In this document: one piece after another, positions 56,385 through 64,000 of the stretch
Numbering within the stretch: position 1 is the stretch's first letter
How the letters are laid out: every line of letters begins with the position of its first letter
Assembly: GCA_035510355.1 (NCBI GenBank)
Contig: DATKHF010000001.1
Coordinates: forward strand, 3,661 to 67,660
Reading direction: 5' to 3'
Source of the DNA: Candidatus Saccharimonadales bacterium
GTDB lineage: Bacteria; Patescibacteriota; Saccharimonadia; Saccharimonadales; UBA4665
DNA length: 64,000 bases
Notes under the pieces: generated by a model
What the model saw: only the letters and a program-made list of their open reading frames with translations
Databases searched by the model: none
Told to the model about the DNA's origin: nothing
Position numbers and translations under genes: made by a program

Positions 56385-59306
56385 ATGAGCAAGACTGGAA
56401 GAAGAGGTGGGCGTCGTAGCCGAGCCAGCCGAAATTCTTTTGTGACCCGTAGCGGTAATACTATTAAGATTAACCGCTCACTCAGCGACAGACTAAAGGC
56501 TCGCAAGGACATGTTTGCACGCTCGCGGGCAGCCCGTTTGGCCACGTTGCCTAAGTCGCGAGTTAAGCGTTTCTTTTATCGTTTCCGGCCAAAGCATCTT
56601 ATGGCGTATTGGTTTAGCCGAGAAGGCGCTATCATGGCGCTTAAAGTCGTTGGTATTGGTATTGTCGTTATGTTTATTGTATTGGTTGGGCTATTTGCCT
56701 ACTTTCGCAAAGACTTACCGAAACTTAATGATATCTCCGGCGGCAACCTTGGTGGCAGTATTACCTATTACGACCGAACCGGTACAGTAGTACTGTGGCA
56801 AGATTATGACGCCGTTAAGCGAATACCAGTGCCCGGCAATCAAATTTCAAATTATGTTAAAGAAGCGACGGTTGCTATCGAAGATAAGAATTTTTATCAC
56901 GAGGGCGCGTTTAGCGTAACTGGTATTATCAGGGCCAGCTTGCACGATGCCATTAGTAGTGGGAGTGTTCAGGGTGGTTCGACCATTACGCAGCAGGTTG
57001 TGAAGCTTAATGAGGACTGGACTGATAATCGTACGATTGCCCGCAAGGTTAAAGAACTCATCCTGGCGGTTGACCTCGAACGAGAATATTCCAAAAATGA
57101 CATTCTAACAGGGTATCTTAACGTCGCTCCTTATGGCGGTGTTGATTATGGCGTTCAGGCTGCTTCCGAAGATTATTTTAACGAAGACGCAAGCCAGCTG
57201 ACGTTAGCCCAGTCCGCCATGCTAGCTGCCATACCACAGTCGCCAAGTTATTATTCCCCCTACAGTAGCCCACAGTACAACCCCTCGGTAAGTGAGAACG
57301 AGTTTGGCAGGCAAGCTCTGATAGACCGAAAAGACTACATCTTGGCGCAGATGGTTAAACAGCATTACATCACCCAGACTCAGGCGACTGCCGCTCAACA
57401 GGTTCATGTGCTAGCCGAAGTCCATACCCAACAGACTAAATATGCCGGCATTAAGGCTCCTTACTTTGTACTTGCGGCTAAGCAGGAACTCGAAAACAAG
57501 TATGGAGCAGCAACAGTAAATCGAGGTGGCTGGAAAGTTACTACAACCCTTAATATGACTTTACAGGGTGATGCTGAGCAAGCAATAGCTAACAATGCCG
57601 AGAACGCTGATGTTCATGGTGCAGATGAAGAAGCCACGGTCGAAGAAGACGTACAAACTGGTCAAATTATGGCGCTCGTTGGAGGCGTTAATTTCAACAA
57701 CCCGGATTATGGCCAGAATAATTACGCGGCTGGCGTTCTCATACCACCGGGTTCGAGTTTCAAACCGTATGATTACTCGACGTTAATTAACAACAATAAT
57801 AACGTTGGAGCAGGCTCAGTACTGTACGATTCTCAAGGACCATTGCCAGGTTATCCGTGCACCAACACAGGTCTACCACCTCCTACCGGAGACGGCAACT
57901 GCCTAGAAGACTATGACTTTATTTATCCCGGGCCGGAGCCAATCCGTTATGCCCTTGGTGGCTCGCGAAACGTACCAGCCGTTAAAGCCATGCTTGAGGC
58001 CGTACCGAACGATACGAGTCCTGACCACGTCGACTCCATTAATAAAGTCATAAGCACCGCTGACGCGATGATTGATAACCCTTACCAACACAATGCTTAT
58101 AACTGCTACTCGAATGTTGAACTGACCCAAACCACCCAGTGTTATAGTTCGTCTGCCATTGGTGATGGCGCTTATCTGACATTAGATGATCATGTCAACG
58201 GTCTGTCCACCATAGCTCGTGGCGGTGTCGCTATACCACGCACCTTTATACTGAGTATTACTGACTCCAGCGGCAAAACCATCAGTAAATTTACCCAGCC
58301 CAAGGGCACTCAAGTACTTAAGCCGGATACCGCCTACATCATGAACAATATGTTGAGTGATCCTAACGCCAGTTATCTGCCGGGCAGCTGTTCAGCTATT
58401 ACCTGTAGTCAACTGAGTGACGGAGGCTTTAAGTTCCAACGTTACAATGGTTGGGATATTGCTATTAAAACAGGAACCACAAACTACGGGTATGATGGAC
58501 TTATGACCGCCTGGACCACCAAATACGCAGTGGTCTCGTGGATCGGCAATCATACCCGTAACGTACCGATATCGGAGTCAGCAGAATACGTCACTGAACC
58601 CGTGACTCGCGACCTAATCCAAGCATCACTAAACGGCCTAAAGCCTGTCAACTGGGTACAACCATCAGACATTAAAGTCTTGCCGGCCTATGTGCTACGG
58701 AAACACATTCACTATGGTGACATTGAGCCCAGCCCGAGCACTGATTTGTACCCATCGTGGTATATCCAAAAAGCGGTTAGTAGCGCATCAGAGACGGTTG
58801 ATAAAGTCTCTGGCTTGTTAGCCAATAGTTGTACGCCACCGCTCGCTAAAGAAACTGAAGGCGGTGCGGATGTGAATGACTTTTCGATTGATATTTTCTA
58901 CCCGCCAGGTGGTACTGGTTCAACAACGGTGCCCAACGCTACGACCAGCGATAACGTTCATAGCTGTAGTGACACAATGCCTTCAGTAACGTTAACTGCA
59001 AATGAATGTGCCGATCTCACTCAGTGTCAGTTTACAGTTACGGCAACCCAGGGAACGCACCCATTAGCTGGTGGTGCCTACACCACAGCTCCAGCAGGTA
59101 CTATCTCGATTCTCGTAGATGGCAAGACAGTTCAAACGATTCAAATCCCCAGTGGCGTTAGCCCGTATAGTCCGACGGTGACCCTGCCGGTTAATGCCGG
59201 CGATACCGTTACTGCTCAGGTAATCGATAGCGTACTCTACAGTGCCAACGGTAATACTTTGACCGTTCAAGCGGCGCCAACGCCACCGACGACGCCAAGT
59301 CCATAA
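56385..59306 (+). CDS. Class A penicillin-binding protein (glycosyltransferase + transpeptidase) with about 200-aa C-terminal extension
   Basis: 973 aa; N-terminal basic tail + TM; GT51 motif IEDKNFYHEGAFS and GGSTITQQ; transpeptidase SSFKP (SxxK), KTGT; Thr/Pro-rich beta-rich C-terminus. Confidence 0.9.
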   Translation: MSKTGRRGGRRSRASRNSFVTRSGNTIKINRSLSDRLKARKDMFARSRAARLATLPKSRVKRFFYRFRPKHLMAYWFSREGAIMALKVVGIGIVVMFIVLVGLFAYFRKDLPKLNDISGGNLGGSITYYDRTGTVVLWQDYDAVKRIPVPGNQISNYVKEATVAIEDKNFYHEGAFSVTGIIRASLHDAISSGSVQGGSTITQQVVKLNEDWTDNRTIARKVKELILAVDLEREYSKNDILTGYLNVAPYGGVDYGVQAASEDYFNEDASQLTLAQSAMLAAIPQSPSYYSPYSSPQYNPSVSENEFGRQALIDRKDYILAQMVKQHYITQTQATAAQQVHVLAEVHTQQTKYAGIKAPYFVLAAKQELENKYGAATVNRGGWKVTTTLNMTLQGDAEQAIANNAENADVHGADEEATVEEDVQTGQIMALVGGVNFNNPDYGQNNYAAGVLIPPGSSFKPYDYSTLINNNNNVGAGSVLYDSQGPLPGYPCTNTGLPPPTGDGNCLEDYDFIYPGPEPIRYALGGSRNVPAVKAMLEAVPNDTSPDHVDSINKVISTADAMIDNPYQHNAYNCYSNVELTQTTQCYSSSAIGDGAYLTLDDHVNGLSTIARGGVAIPRTFILSITDSSGKTISKFTQPKGTQVLKPDTAYIMNNMLSDPNASYLPGSCSAITCSQLSDGGFKFQRYNGWDIAIKTGTTNYGYDGLMTAWTTKYAVVSWIGNHTRNVPISESAEYVTEPVTRDLIQASLNGLKPVNWVQPSDIKVLPAYVLRKHIHYGDIEPSPSTDLYPSWYIQKAVSSASETVDKVSGLLANSCTPPLAKETEGGADVNDFSIDIFYPPGGTGSTTVPNATTSDNVHSCSDTMPSVTLTANECADLTQCQFTVTATQGTHPLAGGAYTTAPAGTISILVDGKTVQTIQIPSGVSPYSPTVTLPVNAGDTVTAQVIDSVLYSANGNTLTVQAAPTPPTTPSP

Positions 59307-59319
59307 GAGCTATTTACTA

Positions 59320-60669
59320 TTAATCTTTTTCGAGGAACTCGTTTAAAGCCGTGCGCACATCTGGCACACTTTTAAGCATAGGAAGTCTTGGGCCACTCCG
59401 TTGGAGGGGACCAATAGCGGCCGTAAAACCGAGTTTTTTGGCTTCGGCCAATCGCTTTTCAATAAGAGGTACGTGACGAATTTCGCCTGAGAGGCCGACT
59501 TCGCCAAAGACCACCGCATTGGCTTTTAACTGTAAGCCTTTGGCCGCCGAACCAATCGCCATGCATACAGCTAAATCTGCAGCCGGTTCGCTGAGCCGGA
59601 TACCGCCAACGATATTAATGTAAATGTCTTGGTCAGCCAATTTCAATTTTGTACGCCGCTCCAGCATGGCCACTAAAAGATTAATGCGGTTTAAGTCTAT
59701 GCCGCTTGCCGCTCGCTTGGGATAGCCATAGCTGGTCGGGTTAACTAGCGCTTGCACTTCAACTAGTAATGGGCGCGTCCCTTCAAGCGTAGCTAGGACA
59801 ATTGAGCCATCACTGGCTTGACGTTCTGCCAGCAGTGCCGCCGAAGGATTGTCGACGATTCGTAGGCCACCTTCGGTCATTTCAAAGATGCCGGCTTCAT
59901 TAGTTGAACCAAAGCGATTCTTGCTTGCTCGTAATATTTTAAAACCGCCATAGACATCACCTTCCAGCTGCAGTACGACATCAACGACATGCTCAAGTAC
60001 CTTCGGACCTGCAATTGATCCCTCCTTAGTGACGTGACCAACAATAATAACTGCCGTACCAGTTTGTTTGGCAGCCGCCATAATGAGTTGGGTGCTACCA
60101 GAAATTTGCGTAAGTGTGCCAGCTGATGAATTAAGAGTGCTGCATGTCAATGTTTGGATAGAATCAACGATAACCAGTTTATACTCGCCACTGGCAATAC
60201 TCGTTGCAACATCGTCGGCGAGTGTGCTGGTGGCCAGCTGTAATTTACTCTGTGCGACGTGAAGACGCTCTGCTCGTAGCGCTATTTGATGAGCCGATTC
60301 TTCGCCACTAACATACAGAACCGTTTGCTTCACAGCAACGTTATCCGCGAATTGCAACAACAGAGTACTTTTACCAATACCGGGCTGCCCAGCAATTAAT
60401 GTCATGCTACCAGGGACCAGTCCGCCTCCTAGAATAGTGTCAACATCACCCATACCAGTTTTAATTCGTACATTGTCTTTTTTTGCTACTTTGTTAATAG
60501 CGGTGGTTTGTAACTTCGTACCATCGGGTCTACCTTTGGGCACTTCATTAAGAGAGACTTCTTCCACGAGCGTGTTCCACTCACCGCAATTAGAGCAGCG
60601 CCCGGCCCACGCCACGCTGACCGCTCCACAATTGCTACATACATATCGTATGGTTGGTCTTTTTGCCAT
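59320..60669 (-). CDS. radA: DNA repair protein RadA/Sms
   Basis: 449 aa; N-terminal C4 zinc finger CSNCG...CSNCGEW, Walker A GQPGIGKST, KNRFG, Lon-like C-domain. Confidence 0.95.
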   Translation of the reverse strand: MAKRPTIRYVCSNCGAVSVAWAGRCSNCGEWNTLVEEVSLNEVPKGRPDGTKLQTTAINKVAKKDNVRIKTGMGDVDTILGGGLVPGSMTLIAGQPGIGKSTLLLQFADNVAVKQTVLYVSGEESAHQIALRAERLHVAQSKLQLATSTLADDVATSIASGEYKLVIVDSIQTLTCSTLNSSAGTLTQISGSTQLIMAAAKQTGTAVIIVGHVTKEGSIAGPKVLEHVVDVVLQLEGDVYGGFKILRASKNRFGSTNEAGIFEMTEGGLRIVDNPSAALLAERQASDGSIVLATLEGTRPLLVEVQALVNPTSYGYPKRAASGIDLNRINLLVAMLERRTKLKLADQDIYINIVGGIRLSEPAADLAVCMAIGSAAKGLQLKANAVVFGEVGLSGEIRHVPLIEKRLAEAKKLGFTAAIGPLQRSGPRLPMLKSVPDVRTALNEFLEKD

Positions 60670-60735
60670 CTAGTCCCAGTGTATCACAAGGGTCTGAGGT
60701 TCATTTATTCAACCTGACCCGTAACGTTGATAGTC

Positions 60736-63228
60736 CTATTCGTTGGTGGTCGCGTAGGCTAATTCACCACGCTTGGTTGAGATGTGGAGAATATCGCCCT
60801 TAGCATATTTACTGCCGAGTAATTCCAAAGCTACATGGTCTTCAATAGTATCTTGAATGAGTCGACGCAGTGGTCGAACCCCATTTGGAGCATCATAACC
60901 GTTCTCAAGAAGATACTGCTTGGCGGCAGGAGTAAGTTCAATACTAATGCCATGCTTAAGTAGCCGACTACGCAGCTCATCAGCTTGTAAATCGATAATC
61001 TTATAGATGTCTTGTTTGGTGAGCGCTCGGAAGACAATAACTTTATCGATGCGGTTAAGTAGTTCTGGACGCATTGCTTTTTTTAGCTCAGAGAGCACCT
61101 TATCGCGATTAGCGTCATGTAACTCTAGAAGATTCTTCATGTCATTAGCATTGGTAGCGTGAAAGCCAAAATTAGCTTCTTTTTGGAGTTTTTCGGCGCC
61201 AATATTACTCGTCATGATAACGATCGTATTAGTGAAATCAATGCGCCGTCCTTTAGCATCAGTTAAATACCCATCCTCGAGAACCTGTAACAACATATTA
61301 AAAACATCGGGGTGAGCCTTCTCGATTTCATCAAAAAGCACAAGGCTGTACGGTTGCCGGCGGATCTTATCAGTTAATTGGCCACCATCATCATAGCCGA
61401 CATACCCAGCTGGAGCACCAACTAAACGTGATACATTGTGGTGCTCACTAAATTCACTCATGTCGATCTTTACGAGAGCTGACTCGCTCCCAAAGAACTC
61501 CCGGGCTAAAACTCGAGCTAGTTCAGTTTTACCGACTCCAGTTGGCCCAAGAAAGACAAATGAACCAATTGGACGATTAGCGGCACCTACACCTACACGG
61601 TTACGGCGAATTGCTCGAGAAACAGCCTCAACTGCTTCGCTCTGGCCAATAACATGTTTACTGAGTTTTTTCTCTAGATTTATTAAATATTTAGCTTCGG
61701 CTCGAATAACTTTTGTCACGGGCACACCAGTGATTCGAGCTACGACAGCCGCCACATCTTCGTTAGACATAGTAAGACGTTTTGAATTTTTAGTCGTTTG
61801 GGACAGCTTTTCAAGTTCTTTAGCAATTTGACTTGCGCGGGTTTTATATTCAGCCGCTTTAGCATACTCTTCAGTATCGCTGGCCTCATCTTTGCGCGTA
61901 TTAACAAGTTTTAGTTCTTTTTGGAGGCGTCGCACCTCTGGCGAAGTCTTGCCCTTATTAACGCGTAAATGAGCAGCTGTTTCGTCTAGTAAGTCTATGG
62001 CTTTATCTGGCATAAAACGATCGTTTATATAACGCTTTGCTAGATTAACAATATCTATTAGCACTGCGTCGTTGATACTTACGCCATGAAACGCTTCGTA
62101 ATGTTTGCGCAGACCCTTTAAGATCGCAACCGTCTCAGGTACTGTTGCTTCAGGTACTTGAATCGGCTGGAAACGCCGCTCGAGGGCCATGTCTTTTTCA
62201 ATATGCTTCGTATACTCAACGGTAGTCGTGGCACCAATAACTTGAATCTTACCACGAGCTAAAGCTGGTTTTAGAATATTACCAGCATCCATAGCTCCTT
62301 CGGCAGCTCCTGCGCCAACAATCAAATGGAGTTCATCGATAAATACGATTGTCTTATTATCACTTTCAAGCTCACTGAGAACTTTTTTCAAACGTTCCTC
62401 AAATTCGCCTCGATACTTAGTCCCGGCAATCATGCCAGCTAGGTCAAGTACGACGATTCGCTTATCAAGCAAACTGTCCGGCACATCTTCGCTGATAATT
62501 CGTTGCGCAAGCCCCTCGACAATCGCCGTCTTCCCAACGCCCGGTTCGCCAATTAATACTGGGTTATTTTTGGTTCGACGGTTCAAAATTGTAATAACGC
62601 GCTTTAGCTGATCTTCACGGCCAACAACAGGATCCAGTTTGCCCTCTTTAGCTTCGGCGGTAAGGTCGTTACCATAAAAATCAAGAGCTGTTTTTCGTGC
62701 TTTACGAGCTCCTCTACGCCGAGAGCCAGAACCGACGTTGCCAGTGCCGTCGTTGTCCTCATATTGTTGACGATTCAAGAATTGCTCAAGTTCATTCAAT
62801 AGGGCATCTACATCAACGTTCATATCACGCAGTAGTACCGTCGCACGAGCATTCTTTTGGGTGAGAATACTGTACAGAATGTGCTCAGTACCACAAAAAT
62901 CTTGATTATAATCTTGGGCAACATCGTAAGCCATCTTTAGCGTCAATTTAGCCGTCTCGCTGAGACCTTTGGCGCCCATATTAATAACAACTGTTTTCGG
63001 TGTTAAGTTCAGCGCTAGGCGTGCCCGATCAAGAGTGACTCCGGCGCCTTCTAGAACTTTTGACCCCATGCTTGTGTCCTGAGCAAGTAATCCAAGCAGT
63101 AGATGTTCAGTGCCGATGTAGGCACTGCTAAAACTGCGCGCGATAGCGTCAGCGTGTTTTAGGCTGCTCAGCGCATTATTGGTTAAATGATTCAAGAACT
63201 CTTGAAAATCAGGACTTTGTGGCATCAT
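60736..63228 (-). CDS. clpC: ATP-dependent Clp protease ATP-binding subunit ClpC
   Basis: 830 aa; duplicated Clp_N, two AAA+ modules ([16 protein letters not shown]), UVR-like linker; clpC-radA synteny. Confidence 0.9.
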   Translation of the reverse strand: MMPQSPDFQEFLNHLTNNALSSLKHADAIARSFSSAYIGTEHLLLGLLAQDTSMGSKVLEGAGVTLDRARLALNLTPKTVVINMGAKGLSETAKLTLKMAYDVAQDYNQDFCGTEHILYSILTQKNARATVLLRDMNVDVDALLNELEQFLNRQQYEDNDGTGNVGSGSRRRGARKARKTALDFYGNDLTAEAKEGKLDPVVGREDQLKRVITILNRRTKNNPVLIGEPGVGKTAIVEGLAQRIISEDVPDSLLDKRIVVLDLAGMIAGTKYRGEFEERLKKVLSELESDNKTIVFIDELHLIVGAGAAEGAMDAGNILKPALARGKIQVIGATTTVEYTKHIEKDMALERRFQPIQVPEATVPETVAILKGLRKHYEAFHGVSINDAVLIDIVNLAKRYINDRFMPDKAIDLLDETAAHLRVNKGKTSPEVRRLQKELKLVNTRKDEASDTEEYAKAAEYKTRASQIAKELEKLSQTTKNSKRLTMSNEDVAAVVARITGVPVTKVIRAEAKYLINLEKKLSKHVIGQSEAVEAVSRAIRRNRVGVGAANRPIGSFVFLGPTGVGKTELARVLAREFFGSESALVKIDMSEFSEHHNVSRLVGAPAGYVGYDDGGQLTDKIRRQPYSLVLFDEIEKAHPDVFNMLLQVLEDGYLTDAKGRRIDFTNTIVIMTSNIGAEKLQKEANFGFHATNANDMKNLLELHDANRDKVLSELKKAMRPELLNRIDKVIVFRALTKQDIYKIIDLQADELRSRLLKHGISIELTPAAKQYLLENGYDAPNGVRPLRRLIQDTIEDHVALELLGSKYAKGDILHISTKRGELAYATTNE

Positions 63229-63277
63229 AGATTTATTCTCTCACTTTCAACGATGATTTGAAATGATCGTTACTACT

Positions 63278-63306
63278 ATGATATCGTTTTGGCACTCATG
63301 AGTCAA
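63278..63306 (-). promoter_or_regulatory. clpC promoter
   Basis: Minus strand TTGACT (63306-63301), 17 nt, TATCAT (63283-63278). Confidence 0.5.
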
Positions 63307-63315
63307 GAGTGCTAA
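63289..63315. promoter_or_regulatory. CIRCE-type inverted repeat (HrcA operator consensus) over the clpC -35 box
   Basis: TTGGCACTC-ATGAGTCAA-GAGTGCTAA versus consensus TTAGCACTC-N9-GAGTGCTAA (17/18 arm positions). Confidence 0.7.
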
Positions 63316-63361
63316 CCATAAAAATGATCCCCTCTTAAAAATCCTACTTTTTCACTTGAGT

Positions 63362-64000
63362 TTACAGAACAGTTGTTTCTGGAGGATGCTCAGCACCAGG
63401 ACTTTTTTGCTTGATAATTATCATGGCCAGTAAACTGGCGGTTATGGCAAAGCCAGTAGCAATATAGAAACCAACACGGAAGCCATGGACAGTTGCCGTT
63501 GCTACGACAGCTGGAGAATTAGAGTGCACGTGCTGCAGGTACCGAACCGTACTTGAGGCTACGAGACCAGTTAGAATTGCTAGACCAAGTGACCCACCTA
63601 TTTGCTGAGCGGTATTAATTAACCCTGAAGCTAAGCCGGATAAGTGGGCAGCTACACCACTGGTAGCGGCTACAAGTACGCTTACAAACGTGAAGCCAAG
63701 TCCAAAACCCATAACAATCATGCCGGGCATAATGTGCAAAAGATAACCACCTGACACCGAGATATGGCTTAGCATATACAAACCAATAGCGGTGAGTAAA
63801 GGTGCGAAGACCAGCAGCGGCTTATAGCCTAGACGCTTAATTAAACGCGGGGCATTCGTGGCAGCGATAGCAATTGCAATTGGGACGACTAAAAAACTGA
63901 GTCCTGTGCGCACTGGTGAATAGCCCAAAACATCTTGGAGGTATAACGAGCTAAAGAAAAACACCGAGAATAAGCTGGCGGCATTAAGTAGCTGAATAAC
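63362..64000 (-). CDS. MFS transporter (DHA2/EmrB-QacA-like), C-terminal part; gene continues past right edge
   Basis: Frame stays open to position 64000; TM-rich; LYLQDVLGYSPVRTGL motif; paralogous to remnant at 3498-3752. Confidence 0.8.
   Translation of the reverse strand, partial: VIQLLNAASLFSVFFFSSLYLQDVLGYSPVRTGLSFLVVPIAIAIAATNAPRLIKRLGYKPLLVFAPLLTAIGLYMLSHISVSGGYLLHIMPGMIVMGFGLGFTFVSVLVAATSGVAAHLSGLASGLINTAQQIGGSLGLAILTGLVASSTVRYLQHVHSNSPAVVATATVHGFRVGFYIATGFAITASLLAMIIIKQKSPGAEHPPETTVL

Overview
This is a gene-dense window (about 90% coding) from a small bacterial genome that uses the standard genetic code. Nearly all core genes lie on the minus strand.

Minus-strand core genes, in ascending window coordinates (each operon is therefore listed in reverse of its transcription order):
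- TPR gene, holB, rluD-like gene, trpS.
- A fused alpha/spc/S10 ribosomal super-operon: rpsI, rplM, rplQ, rpoA, rpsD, rpsK, rpsM, rpmJ, infA, secY, rplO through rplC, and rpsJ.
- tuf, fusA, rpsG, rpsL, then rpoC and rpoB.
- clpP, tig, hisS, recG, tyrS, radA, clpC.
- A class A PBP sits on the plus strand in this stretch.

Six tRNAs are present: Thr-GGU, Thr-UGU, Tyr-GUA, Val-UAC, Leu-GAG and Leu-UAG.

The absence of rpmD (L30) between rpsE and rplO, and of adk/map between secY and infA, suggests a CPR/Patescibacteria genome, possibly Saccharibacteria. So do the tight packing and the Lys/Ala-rich tails on many ribosomal proteins. This placement is an inference, not a database result.

I saw no rRNA, CRISPR array, transposase or integrase.

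The non-routine signals are:
1. An accessory islet at about 506-3514, right after tRNA-Tyr. It holds co-oriented one- or two-gene cassettes: an NDT-like gene, a RelB/RelE-like pair, an orphan, a Phd/ParE pair and a HAD gene. Each cassette ends in a conserved 32-nt direct repeat. The last repeat sits on the breakpoint of a truncated MFS transporter gene.
2. A promoter, a 24-codon Trp-containing leader ORF and an antiterminator/terminator arrangement upstream of a small orphan ORF and trpS.
3. Unrelated genes inside normally invariant operons. NDT-like, GT2 and Nudix genes lie between rpsJ and rplC. Orphan ORFs lie between tuf/fusA, fusA/rpsG and tig/clpP, and where clpX would be expected.
4. 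A near-perfect CIRCE operator on the clpC promoter.
5. A recurrent pattern in which a -10 hexamer lies 5-8 nt before the start codon, suggesting leaderless mRNAs.

All promoter, terminator and RNA-structure calls were read by eye and need computational or experimental confirmation.
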